Shown here: one piece after another, positions 10,380 to 19,285 of the stretch | Layout of the letters: the number at the start of each line of letters is the position of its first letter | Numbering within the stretch: position 1 is the first letter of the stretch | IMG/VR virus record: IMGVR_UViG_3300020213_000001 | Source of the DNA: a virus | Direction: 5' to 3' (one strand) | Length of the DNA stretch: 64,000 nucleotides | Made by a program: the position numbers and the translations under genes | Notes under the pieces: generated by a model | The model's database searches: none | The model's input: the letters and a program-made list of their open reading frames with translations, nothing else | Told to the model about the DNA's origin: nothing

Positions 10380-11489
10380 TCACTTAAGCTTTCCAAAGAT
10401 GAATACCCTCTCCCTGTTTTGAGCTAGTCCGAAGTTTTTACTATTTACCACTTCAAAATCTACATCATATCCCAAGCTACTCAAACCCTTCAATATTTCA
10501 ATGAAGGTTTCACCCTTATTATGGTTTAGCAGTCCTTTAACGTTTTCAGCTAAAATGTATTTTGGCTTATGTTTTTCAATAATATCAAAGACATTGAAGA
10601 TAAGCTTGCCCTTCTTCTCATCCCCAAACCCCTTACGTAGACCGGAAATTGAAAGGGCCTGACAGGGAAATCCGAACGTTAAAAGATCAAACTGTGGTAC
10701 ATCATCCCTTTCTACTAACTTGGTTGCATCGTGAAAATTGGGAATGTTTGGATAGTGGTATTTTAACACACTACTGGCATGTTTATCAAATTCACAGTGC
10801 CCAACTACCTTGAATCTATCTGTAAAGCCTAGCTCAGTCCCGCCGCACCCAGAGAAAAGAGACATAACTCTTATTTCCTCATTAGAAGGGAACATGGTTT
10901 TTAGTATGTGGGCAGATACGGGGCTGGATACGCCATTACCTGCCATTTTATATTTTTGATTATCCGAAATTTTAACTACTTCACCTTTTTGATCAATGCC
11001 ACTATCTAGATGGTTATCAGGGTAACCCTGAAGCCTACAGCATTCGGTAGGTGTAAGTTTGCGGATACGTAGTGTGTTGATTTTTAATGCTTTTTGACAG
11101 ACCTTTAACGCTGGAGCTAGATTGTTCTTATCATAGACCTGGTATCCGTCTCTATACCCGTTCCAGTTCAGGTCTTCATCGCCGTGTCTTGGGTCAACTG
11201 TTCCGGCTATCACTACCCTGGCTACAAAATTTTGAGTACTCTGGTTACTACATCCATCACCCGTACTAAGTGTGTTGGCCTCACCATTTACCTTACCTCT
11301 AACGTCTACATGCTTATCTCTAGTTGATTTAGAATAGGCTACGGTTTGCACAATATAAGCTTCTTTCGATATATTAGCACTTATGCAGTTTGAAACTTCA
11401 TCATTTCTTGGAACCAGCACCTTACCTCTTCTTGGACAAAAATCTTTGCCGTCTTTCATAGATTGTTTTCTTACTTTTTTTAGCTTCAT
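10380..11489 (-). CDS. DNA (cytosine-5) methyltransferase, circularly permuted (TRD-IX-X-I-IV-VI-VIII)
   Basis: RKLTPTECCRLQGYPD and MAGNGV precede SLFSGCGG, GFPCQ, ENVKG, QNRERVF. Confidence 0.9.
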   Translation of the reverse strand: MKLKKVRKQSMKDGKDFCPRRGKVLVPRNDEVSNCISANISKEAYIVQTVAYSKSTRDKHVDVRGKVNGEANTLSTGDGCSNQSTQNFVARVVIAGTVDPRHGDEDLNWNGYRDGYQVYDKNNLAPALKVCQKALKINTLRIRKLTPTECCRLQGYPDNHLDSGIDQKGEVVKISDNQKYKMAGNGVSSPVSAHILKTMFPSNEEIRVMSLFSGCGGTELGFTDRFKVVGHCEFDKHASSVLKYHYPNIPNFHDATKLVERDDVPQFDLLTFGFPCQALSISGLRKGFGDEKKGKLIFNVFDIIEKHKPKYILAENVKGLLNHNKGETFIEILKGLSSLGYDVDFEVVNSKNFGLAQNRERVFIFGKLK

Positions 11490-11525
11490 CTGTTCTGGTT
11501 TCGGTCAATGCTTTTGACTCTACCC

Positions 11526-11759
11526 TCACTTATCCTTCCTGAACGAAACCATACGCTCTTGAAATTTAGATTCTTTTATAATCTTCTCTACTACCTCATT
11601 TTTAAGGTAATATTTTTCATTAACATCAACTTCTAAGATATCCATCAACCTTGGTGTCGGTATTCCGTTGTCTAGCGGAATACTGAAATCAACTAGATTA
11701 ATTTCAGGGAAATTCTTTTTAATTTTATCTTTAATCTTTAAAACACACTTAATACTCAT
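11526..11759 (-). CDS. Small protein resembling the post-motif-VIII segment of C5 MTases
   Basis: FSIP...LMDILEVDVNEKYYL resembles the segment that normally follows motif VIII. Confidence 0.55.
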   Translation of the reverse strand: MSIKCVLKIKDKIKKNFPEINLVDFSIPLDNGIPTPRLMDILEVDVNEKYYLKNEVVEKIIKESKFQERMVSFRKDK

Positions 11760-11834
11760 TCATCACCATCAAGCATCAAACTAACTATACAAGCCACCAG
11801 CACAATTACAGGTGACCATAGAAGTAGAATCCAG

Positions 11835-12047
11835 TCAAAACGAGTCATTTACTTTAAATGTTGCTTGAATATTTAGGAATTTAATAGGACTATAAGATTC
11901 AAACTCAATATATAGTGTACCGTTTTCAATGTAATGTTTTTTTAAAACGCCTACTAGCTCTTCCTTATCGCCCGTACCAAAGTAAACCTTGTTTGATTTA
12001 TCACGCCTACAGCCGTTTATTTGAAGATATATATCTACTAAGTTCAT
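11835..12047 (-). CDS. Hypothetical protein
   Basis: ATGA-coupled ORF in small-gene run. Confidence 0.55.
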   Translation of the reverse strand: MNLVDIYLQINGCRRDKSNKVYFGTGDKEELVGVLKKHYIENGTLYIEFESYSPIKFLNIQATFKVNDSF

Positions 12048-12250
12048 CTCTTTTTCCCAAATATTCTCATGATTTTACTACAAACCTTCTTATACCCAGG
12101 ATCTGGCTTGTTTTCTTCTACTGGAGTATTTTTGTACGTCCTGTGTAGTGAATCACCCAAAGATGCTGAGTTTTGAAAGAAGTCGCCTTTACCTTCAGAA
12201 GACTCTTCCTCTACTTCCTTAACTCCGTCAGCGTGTATTTCATATTTCAT
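12044..12250 (-). CDS. Hypothetical protein
   Basis: ATGA-coupled ORF. Confidence 0.55.
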   Translation of the reverse strand: MKYEIHADGVKEVEEESSEGKGDFFQNSASLGDSLHRTYKNTPVEENKPDPGYKKVCSKIMRIFGKKR

Positions 12251-12501
12251 AGATCCTCTAAATCAATTGAATAATCTTTAAGGATGTCGTGAAACTTATC
12301 CTCCAACAGTCCGATAATTGCCGCTGTTTTTTCGTCTAGGTTTTGAAGCCCGTCTTCTGAATAACCGTGCTTCCTAGCCGGACGAAATACCTGAAGAAGT
12401 ATTTCGTTTAAAGCAAAAACAAGGTCTTGAGATTTTAGGCAACGGTTTAGGTTTGCCCGGTCTTCTGAACTATCTAGGTCAAACTCAAGCTTTGATTTCA
12501 T
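12247..12501 (-). CDS. Hypothetical protein
   Basis: 84 aa ORF with AAGG SD. Confidence 0.6.
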   Translation of the reverse strand: MKSKLEFDLDSSEDRANLNRCLKSQDLVFALNEILLQVFRPARKHGYSEDGLQNLDEKTAAIIGLLEDKFHDILKDYSIDLEDL

Positions 12502-12512
12502 TGGAATACCTT

Positions 12513-12590
12513 AAAATTGCCAGTCTATTCCTGGCTGTCACCCCACCTACCAACAAAAATTGTAGGTGAGTATTAGTAATCGCGTTACTA
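12513..12590 (-). ncRNA. Candidate structured intergenic RNA (three hairpins)
   Basis: TAGTAA/TTACTA, CTCACCTAC/GTAGGTGGG and GCCAG-GAATAGA-CTGGC stems in tandem. Confidence 0.4.
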
Positions 12591-12592
12591 TT

Positions 12593-12772
12593 TTAACGAA
12601 CCGACAAGGACAAGGATAGCTTTTCGGCTTTGCGACTAACGGATTTAACAGTACGACCTAGGCGGGCGGCAATTTTCTTGCTAGTCATTTTACCGGCATT
12701 GCTGAAGATAAAATTAACTGCAGCTTTTGTAAAAGGCTTTCCAGCGTTACGAACTTGGGTGGGCTTAGACAT
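12593..12772 (-). CDS. Small basic HTH DNA-binding protein (59 aa)
   Basis: MSKPTQVRNAGKPFT...MTSKKIAARLGRTVKSVSRKAEKL; AGGAGAG SD; below ORF-track cutoff. Confidence 0.7.
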   Translation of the reverse strand: MSKPTQVRNAGKPFTKAAVNFIFSNAGKMTSKKIAARLGRTVKSVSRKAEKLSLSLSVR

Positions 12773-12784
12773 GATTCTCTCCTA

Positions 12785-12808
12785 TAAAAAAAGCCTTAAT
12801 TGGCTTTT
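12785..12808 (-). terminator. Intrinsic terminator-like hairpin
   Basis: AAAAGCC-aattaa-GGCTTTTTTT on minus strand. Confidence 0.5.
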
Positions 12809-12831
12809 GTTGCTATTTTTATAATACCACG

Positions 12832-13110
12832 CTATTGTGTAATACCGATGTTTTCACCAGTTTCCATGTAGAATACCATTTCACCAGTGGTTTTTAGTTG
12901 ATGCCCGTCTTTATCATAAAACCTAACGATTTTAACGTCTTGCATTAGTATTAGCTCAACCGTTACTCTGTTGTTAAAGCCCATTTTCTCGTTAATTTTA
13001 AACAAATAACTTTCTACAGCTTCCCTTGGGTTTAGACTGTTCATTGCTAGTTTAATTGATTCTGTTAGATCTCTATTCATTATCGTCTTCCTCATAAATA
13101 TGTTCGTCAA
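12832..13110 (-). CDS. Hypothetical protein
   Basis: ORF in coupled small-gene run (likely start about 13080). Confidence 0.5.
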   Translation of the reverse strand: MTNIFMRKTIMNRDLTESIKLAMNSLNPREAVESYLFKINEKMGFNNRVTVELILMQDVKIVRFYDKDGHQLKTTGEMVFYMETGENIGITQ

Positions 13111-13288
13111 TAAGATTATTAATCAGTGCTTTAATTTCCGATTTCTGAAGATTATCAACAAAAGTTAAATCATAAATCTGTAAAAGTATAACCTTCAGCC
13201 TGTCTCCACAACGCTTTTCTAGCTTATAGTTAGAGCGGGTGTGTTTGTCGTCACCACAGGATTTTTGTTTACATACTGGACAACTCAT
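13073..13288 (-). CDS. Hypothetical protein with N-terminal CxxC
   Basis: MSCPVCKQKSC. Confidence 0.5.
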   Translation of the reverse strand: MSCPVCKQKSCGDDKHTRSNYKLEKRCGDRLKVILLQIYDLTFVDNLQKSEIKALINNLIDEHIYEEDDNE

Positions 13289-13451
13289 TACCGATACCTT
13301 TCGTAGATAGTGTTAATAAAAATAACACTCTTGGCGTCAAATTTCAAATCAATCATCTCTAATAGTGTCGCTTGATCTTTAAAGGACAGCTCTTCCCATT
13401 TGTTTGAAAGAATTTTATATTTCATTACATGGATGGTTTGGTTTGTTAAAA

Positions 13452-13778
13452 TCAAGACAACTTCCTGTTTTTACAGTAATCAAGGTGATAACTAGGTCTG
13501 CTGGTATACCTAGCTCCGCAAATGCAAGACACACTGTCGTTGCTGATTACTTTAGGTATTTTTGTAAATAACACCATCGGGCATTCCCCGAACACTCCCT
13601 CTAGTGTAATCATAGAGTAGTCAAAGTAGTTACCTGAGTTATTATAATACACATCTCTGCGAATTGACTCAATAATGTAAGTCATACTTTCGTCAATATT
13701 GTGAGGAACAACGCAGTCCTTAGATATAAAAACTGCGTCACCTACCTCAAACCCCTTTTCCATATAGCTGCTCTCCAA
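13452..13778 (-). CDS. Hypothetical protein with C-terminal CxC...H..C zinc motif
   Basis: CICGA...HLDYC. Confidence 0.55.
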   Translation of the reverse strand: MESSYMEKGFEVGDAVFISKDCVVPHNIDESMTYIIESIRRDVYYNNSGNYFDYSMITLEGVFGECPMVLFTKIPKVISNDSVSCICGARYTSRPSYHLDYCKNRKLS

Positions 13779-14121
13779 TTGTTTTTATTCTTTCGTCCGA
13801 ATTAATAACAGAACAGAATGAAACCGAACGAATCTCAAAAGAAGTGATTCTATTGCCTTCTTTATTTTTAATTACGCACTCAACAATGGGAGTCAAGTAT
13901 CTATAAGCTTTCATATTTTCTTTAAACATATCAATGTTTTCAATAAAAAGCTCGCTCCCTTCTTTTACCACCGTAGCGTTCCCAAGCAATTTGGGTAAAT
14001 CGCCTTTAAAGTCCTGAAAGATACAAATAGTATCGTTAACTTCGATACTTGCATTTTCAGGCAACATATCTCCATTTAAGTCAGTAAAATTATCATCTAA
14101 AATCAATACCTTAAGTCTCAC
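13747..14121 (-). CDS. Hypothetical protein
   Basis: 124 aa coupled ORF. Confidence 0.55.
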   Translation of the reverse strand: MRLKVLILDDNFTDLNGDMLPENASIEVNDTICIFQDFKGDLPKLLGNATVVKEGSELFIENIDMFKENMKAYRYLTPIVECVIKNKEGNRITSFEIRSVSFCSVINSDERIKTIGEQLYGKGV

Positions 14122-14303
14122 TTTTTCTCCGCATGTTTATGAATCTTATTAACTTTAATTCTATACCCAAGTAGCTCTACAGTCAACTGCCACATGCAAT
14201 AAAAATTAACCTTTTTAAATTTCAATAACTTACCAAAGGCTGGTTTATTGGTAGACACATAGTAACTCCCTATCCTTCTGTTCATTTCCTCTCCTCCCAG
14301 CAA
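14118..14303 (-). CDS. Hypothetical protein
   Basis: Small coupled ORF. Confidence 0.45.
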   Translation of the reverse strand: MLGGEEMNRRIGSYYVSTNKPAFGKLLKFKKVNFYCMWQLTVELLGYRIKVNKIHKHAEKK

Positions 14304-14599
14304 TCACCTACGTTTTCAAGAATTTCTTTATATGCTTGTTGGTATCCCATTCTGTAAGCCTTCCAGATGCTGATCTCCTCTACTTGCTTTACTTTGTGTC
14401 CATGTTTTGCCACTGTTTCTGCGTTTTTAAGTAGAAGTTTACTCCATAGGCTAGACTTTGCACTAAGCATTGCAAAAAAACGGTTTCTAGACTTCTCAAG
14501 TGTTTGCTCTGGAAACGGATCTTGAATTAGCATTGAATTCCTAATATGAGTAATCCTATCCTTTACGTTCCTTTTAGGGAGTTGTAGTAGGTTGTCCAC
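14282..14599 (-). CDS. Hypothetical protein
   Basis: 105 aa coupled ORF. Confidence 0.5.
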   Translation of the reverse strand: MDNLLQLPKRNVKDRITHIRNSMLIQDPFPEQTLEKSRNRFFAMLSAKSSLWSKLLLKNAETVAKHGHKVKQVEEISIWKAYRMGYQQAYKEILENVGDCWEERK

Positions 14600-14936
14600 C
14601 CTGTTCTCCTATAATCAAGTCGTTAATGTCATCCTCGCACTGATCTAGAGCCTGTTGATCATTTGGGAATCTATCACTGCAGTAGTTTGCAACAGCATCG
14701 GCGTCAACACCCACCTTTACTTGCAGGAAATTGCGATAATCTTTAAAACATTTCTCTGATTCCAGTGTCTTATAGCCGTATCGGTTATCACAAAATAGTG
14801 CAGCTTTTTCAAAGTCAGGGCCGACAAAGGTTTCAATCTTCCTAGGAAGGCTTTCTTTAATTTTGAAATCAATTCCGCACGCAGATGTAAGAATCAAGAC
14901 AACTAGCATTTTACAATTCATTTCCTTCTCCACCAC
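14574..14936 (-). CDS. Putative lipoprotein
   Basis: LVVLILTSAC lipobox-like signal; paired cysteines. Confidence 0.55.
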   Translation of the reverse strand: MVEKEMNCKMLVVLILTSACGIDFKIKESLPRKIETFVGPDFEKAALFCDNRYGYKTLESEKCFKDYRNFLQVKVGVDADAVANYCSDRFPNDQQALDQCEDDINDLIIGEQGGQPTTTP

Positions 14937-15175
14937 TTAAAATCTTCAGTTTTAATAACTACGTATTCTATTTGCATAAAAGGCTTACCTATATACTGCT
15001 CTACATTATCCTTCTTCCTCAGATAGCGCACCTTGCATTTAAGGCCAGTAGAGCATGGGTAAACTGCCAATATATGCAGGTAAAGATCTGCATTTGCAGC
15101 GATGTGTACCCAGTATCCGATGCCTAAGCTACTCATCGTTTTCATCAACAAAATCCAAAGAGACTTGGAAGTCAA
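14918..15175 (-). CDS. Hypothetical protein (likely start 15136)
   Basis: ORF overlapping neighbours by a few nt when started at MSSLG. Confidence 0.45.
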   Translation of the reverse strand: MTSKSLWILLMKTMSSLGIGYWVHIAANADLYLHILAVYPCSTGLKCKVRYLRKKDNVEQYIGKPFMQIEYVVIKTEDFKWWRRK

Positions 15176-15305
15176 AATCAGAAGCCCTTAGAAAGGTTTC
15201 CAGTTCTTCCAACACAGTCGTTAGAGTTGTTGTCTCAAAAGAAACTTCAACTGTAGAAATTTCAAGTGGATTACTAGGCTCTTTTTTAAGCGTATACTTG
15301 GCCAT
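15129..15305 (-). CDS. Small acidic hypothetical protein (58 aa)
   Basis: MAKYTLKKEPSNPLEISTVEVSFE...FVDENDE; AAGGA SD. Confidence 0.55.
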   Translation of the reverse strand: MAKYTLKKEPSNPLEISTVEVSFETTTLTTVLEELETFLRASDFDFQVSLDFVDENDE

Positions 15306-15313
15306 TTTTTTCC

Positions 15314-15439
15314 TTAGCGGTTATAGTTTATTTCTGAATCAGATTCAAATTCATCGTAAATTTGATCGTCTTTTTCGTCTTCTGAAAAGGTGTCACATTC
15401 TTCTGTTTCAAGGTCATCAATAAATTTTCCATACTTCAT
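15314..15439 (-). CDS. Very acidic peptide (41 aa)
   Basis: MKYGKFIDDLETEECDTFSEDEKDDQIYDEFESDSEINYNR, first ORF after a consensus promoter. Confidence 0.5.
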   Translation of the reverse strand: MKYGKFIDDLETEECDTFSEDEKDDQIYDEFESDSEINYNR

Positions 15440-15456
15440 AGTTACCCCTTATTACT

Positions 15457-15485
15457 ATATTAAATGATCACTGAGGGTATGTCAA
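15457..15485 (-). promoter_or_regulatory. Sigma70-type early promoter
   Basis: TTGACA-17 nt-TAATAT. Confidence 0.65.
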
Positions 15486-15488
15486 GCT

Positions 15489-15896
15489 TTAAATTGCAGA
15501 TAAACAGGTATCAACCACAATAACCCTTGTGCCATCTACTGAAAACGAGTTAATTCCGTTCCAAGGAGCTAGAATCACTACAGAAGTGACTCCTTCTTCA
15601 ACATACCTACGTACCTGCCTGTATACGTCTGCTAGAATTCTGTCGTATTCTTTAGATTTTTCGACTATCTGGACATATAGATTGTCTATAAAATCAACAG
15701 GGTAGCGTTCGGAAATCCATAGAATGTCCCTGCAAACGCTTAGGGTATTGGGTAGGGATATTGGTTTATGTGTAAAGAGGCCTTGAGAGCCGTAATTCCA
15801 GCCTTGTGTGAATAGAATGCGAATTCTAGCCATAACGTGAGGCTCAGCATCAATAATCAGTCTGTCTTCGTGTTTAAAAACCCTTCCTAAATTCAT
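15489..15896 (-). pseudogene. Truncated N-terminal fragment resembling phage SNF2-like helicases
   Basis: IIDAEPHVMARIRILF resembles (from recall) the N-terminus of a phage helicase family; no helicase motifs follow. Confidence 0.35.
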
Positions 15897-16052
15897 ACTA
15901 AAAATGAGTTTAGGATTTCGTATGATATGTAAAACCAGTGGTGTAAAAGTTCAGTTATAAAAAAAACAAAACTCAAAAAAATGTATAAAATGATTGTCCA
16001 GTATAAAAATCTCAAAAATAGTCCCTATAGTGTTTCTCTATAGTACCACGTA

Positions 16053-16196
16053 TTATTTTGACTCTTTTAACTGTCTCCTTACTTCTCTCTTGGCTCTTTG
16101 GCGCTCTGAAGAGTTCAGATTTTTTCTGATTTTGGTTGGTTTTTTGTCGATGGATTGCTCTTCTTTCAGACGCTTGCGCTTGTATTGTGCAGTCAT
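16053..16196 (-). CDS. Small highly basic protein (47 aa)
   Basis: MTAQYKRKRLKEEQ...KREVRRQLKESK directly after spike gene. Confidence 0.45.
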   Translation of the reverse strand: MTAQYKRKRLKEEQSIDKKPTKIRKNLNSSERQRAKREVRRQLKESK

Positions 16197-16202
16197 AGCA
16201 GC

Positions 16203-17393
16203 CTAGCTTATTAAAACAGAACTTGAAAAGGGCCCGAGAGAAGTCGAAATAACGGGTCCGCCCAGGTTTCCAATACCGATAAACTTGGTCAACATGTTGA
16301 CGGCAGGTAGTGGGGCGGGACCTATTAAAACCGTAGACCCCTTCAAAATCATCGATCCACCTGACACTAGCTGTATTAGTCCGTCTGATTTAACATCTAC
16401 CATGCTCTGCCCGATTATTTTAACCATGCTTTGAGCCTGCATTTCTATCATTGATTTAGAGTTTAGCTTAAACCCCTGTGTTTCAACCCCCATCTTACCT
16501 TCGTTTTTGATGTCGAATGTTTGTTTCACCATGTATAAAGCTTTGCCTGTAGCCTCTACTAACCAGTCTTTAGTTATCTTAGCGTTCATTGACTCTTTAG
16601 CTGTTATGTTGAAAGACTTGTCTGTTTTGAAGGAGGTGCTATCTCTAGACTGAACATCCACTGTTTTCTTTGTCTTATCAAGCCTAATGCCTTCATATTG
16701 AATACCCTCTGGAGCGGCTTCGGCGGCTTTAATCTTTTCAGATGCTAGATTAGACTGAGACAGCTCTCCTCTTAAAATATCATTATGTACTTGAAAAGAT
16801 CCATCCTTTTCTATTTTAATTTGAGTTCCACCAGCGGTTAGATTAGACGGCTTTCCTGTATCGTCTGTAGCCGAACGATAGGTTAGCGTGAATGCCCCGT
16901 CGTTGTTTACTTCAAATCTAAGACCGTTAAACTCTCCCTCTGCGTGATTTTTTTCAAGATCCGTTAGGGTTACACGCTTATTGGGGTTTGGCATAAACCC
17001 AACAATTACAGCCTTTTCGGAGTTTTTATCTAAACATAGGATTAGTGCAAGAGTGCCATTTTGGTCTTTAAAAGATAGCTGGGTCTTTACTTTTTTGGGA
17101 TTTTTTGTTGGTCTAAGCTTAAACTGAAAATAATCGGCTACTCCGCCAAATGAGTCAAAGGCTAGGCAACTCTTATAAATACTCGAATTGATACCATTTG
17201 TTTCGGCCTGTTCAATACACATTACGTCGTATTCAGGGCCTAGTTTTGATACATTCCTTTCGTCTGTAGTTTCAATGGTTTCTAATACAACCCCCAACTT
17301 AAGACCTGTATTGTCAAATATTTTCCTACCCTGGAGAGTACTGCTCTCATCTCTAGATGAAAGTAGTGAGGAGTTTAAAGTTGGTCTATACAT
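16203..17393 (-). CDS. Baseplate spike / gp5-gpV-like protein
   Basis: N-terminal OB-like region then repetitive beta-helix-like strands; follows hub gene. Confidence 0.6.
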   Translation of the reverse strand: MYRPTLNSSLLSSRDESSTLQGRKIFDNTGLKLGVVLETIETTDERNVSKLGPEYDVMCIEQAETNGINSSIYKSCLAFDSFGGVADYFQFKLRPTKNPKKVKTQLSFKDQNGTLALILCLDKNSEKAVIVGFMPNPNKRVTLTDLEKNHAEGEFNGLRFEVNNDGAFTLTYRSATDDTGKPSNLTAGGTQIKIEKDGSFQVHNDILRGELSQSNLASEKIKAAEAAPEGIQYEGIRLDKTKKTVDVQSRDSTSFKTDKSFNITAKESMNAKITKDWLVEATGKALYMVKQTFDIKNEGKMGVETQGFKLNSKSMIEMQAQSMVKIIGQSMVDVKSDGLIQLVSGGSMILKGSTVLIGPAPLPAVNMLTKFIGIGNLGGPVISTSLGPFSSSVLIS

Positions 17394-17463
17394 TTTTTAC
17401 TTTCTGTTTTTGGAGTTAGTTCGTCGTAGGTTTCTATGTAAATCTCTATTTTTTTCATTTTTC

Positions 17464-19284
17464 TCAGCTATCCTTAGAGGGCTTTTTTTCCTCTCCGGTA
17501 GGTAGTGTTGAACTTTTAGTAGCTTTCTTGTTTTTCGGGTTTAAAGTGAAAGAGTCTTGTTTGGTATTGGTAAGCTCTTCTCCACTTACCCTACCACGTA
17601 CATCCTGTGTATCTGAAAATCCTGGAAGGATTCTTTGGTTTTTCCAGTCTTCAATATCTTCTCTTAGTTGATCTGTATTTTCCATTTGAGGATAAACAGG
17701 GCGTTTACTGTTTGACCTTAGATCTACTCCAGATGATACCTGTATAGTTGTGCGCCATGTTTTAATGCCGTTAGCTCCAACAGACATCATATCCCTAACG
17801 CTTTCAATATGATATACAACGTTATCAAACTCCAGATTATCCCCAACACAAATGGGCTCCTGTATTCCCTGAAATACGAACGTTCCAGATTCCTTAAGAT
17901 GGCCGTCTATAACCCAATCAGAGACTATTTTTGCCCAGTCATTGGCTCTAAGCTTTTTATTAGTTTTAGTTGGAAAATCAAAGTTAGAGGTTACAACATA
18001 TGGTCTAAGCCCATTCCTCTGTATGTCTCCGTCGTCTACTATAAAGTTACCAGCCGCTATTTGCTGTGCAGCGTCTCCTTCAGAGCCTAGTATTTGATTG
18101 TTGGTGAATACCTGTACAAAGTTCATTCTAGCCGCTTCGTCTTTTCCTAGATCAAGCGAATAAAGGAGTGTAGGAGATACCTTCCACCTAGGTATATCGA
18201 AAAACTTAGTAGTGGAGTATCCAGCAGGTGCGTTAAAATGTTCTGTAGTGAAGGGTTTTTGTCTTAAAATAATAGTTGGCATAACATTGTTGTTTTGGTC
18301 TACCCTAAAACAAGTGTACATTTCATTCATCGTAGAGTTCATGTTGCTTTGAAGAATAGACCACGCGGTAACGTTGTTCCAAGATTCTGGCAATATTTCC
18401 TTGTTGCCCTGTATAGGGTATTTTCCTATATATGTTCCGGGTTTTTCCGTTTTAGAAAATCCGGGATTAAACAATATACCCAAATTCTTAGCATCAGTTG
18501 GTACTTCCTTAGAATTTCCCCACCCACCAATATAGTAGTTAAATAATTCTGTAGCGAATTCCATTTTTCTACCGAGCAGTGTGCTTAGTGTTTTAGGAAG
18601 TCTAAAGTGAACAGCTCCAAAGTTTTTTACTTTAACATTGTTTGATCTACGGTTTTTGCCTATTAAAATCTCAAACAGATCTTTCATAATTATCTGTACA
18701 TCTGAATTGGTTTTAATATTATCTGAATAGTAATCTCCAACCAGTGTGGGGAACATGAGTGTGCCAGCTTCCCTAAAAGCTGCGGCAATTGCTGGATTAA
18801 AATAGATAACGTTATTAAATTCAGTAAAACCGGCGGCATGGATGGTGTAGGTTAGGATTTTCTTATCTCCTGCCATTTGAAGATTTTTCCTTACGGTTTG
18901 AATCTTAAAAACACCCTTAAACCCGTCTTCATATCTATTAATTGACTGGTTATTCCCCACCCTGTCTCTAATTTTTTGAGCATCGGTTTCCCAATTTAAA
19001 AGGTTTACTAGAACAAAATCTCCAGGATGAACTGCGGTACTGTAGTTAATGTCTCCGCCCTTTAAGGTTGCGCTTAAAGTTGGACTTAGGCTACCCTTAG
19101 TGTTGCTGACAGACACATTGATTGCGTCTGAATAAACAACCATCGGTTTCCTAACATCGAGAGGGTCTTGAGATTCGTAATTATATGAACTCCTATTTTC
19201 CCAACGACAAAAAGTAAGCACGTAACCAGGGCTCGTTTGGTGAGAATCGCCTGTATTCTGTGTGATTGGTTTAACAAATCCCAT
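17464..19284 (-). CDS. Baseplate hub / tail protein (gp27-like)
   Basis: 606 aa between tape measure and spike; C-terminal SGTFVFQG...VGDNL...YHIESV typical of hubs. Confidence 0.6.
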   Translation of the reverse strand: MGFVKPITQNTGDSHQTSPGYVLTFCRWENRSSYNYESQDPLDVRKPMVVYSDAINVSVSNTKGSLSPTLSATLKGGDINYSTAVHPGDFVLVNLLNWETDAQKIRDRVGNNQSINRYEDGFKGVFKIQTVRKNLQMAGDKKILTYTIHAAGFTEFNNVIYFNPAIAAAFREAGTLMFPTLVGDYYSDNIKTNSDVQIIMKDLFEILIGKNRRSNNVKVKNFGAVHFRLPKTLSTLLGRKMEFATELFNYYIGGWGNSKEVPTDAKNLGILFNPGFSKTEKPGTYIGKYPIQGNKEILPESWNNVTAWSILQSNMNSTMNEMYTCFRVDQNNNVMPTIILRQKPFTTEHFNAPAGYSTTKFFDIPRWKVSPTLLYSLDLGKDEAARMNFVQVFTNNQILGSEGDAAQQIAAGNFIVDDGDIQRNGLRPYVVTSNFDFPTKTNKKLRANDWAKIVSDWVIDGHLKESGTFVFQGIQEPICVGDNLEFDNVVYHIESVRDMMSVGANGIKTWRTTIQVSSGVDLRSNSKRPVYPQMENTDQLREDIEDWKNQRILPGFSDTQDVRGRVSGEELTNTKQDSFTLNPKNKKATKSSTLPTGEEKKPSKDS

Positions 19285-19285
19285 C

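Noticed and set aside
11490-11528. Stop-codon readthrough joining the 77 aa ORF to the methyltransferase
   Set aside because: Same frame, but three stops (TGA, TAG, TGA) intervene
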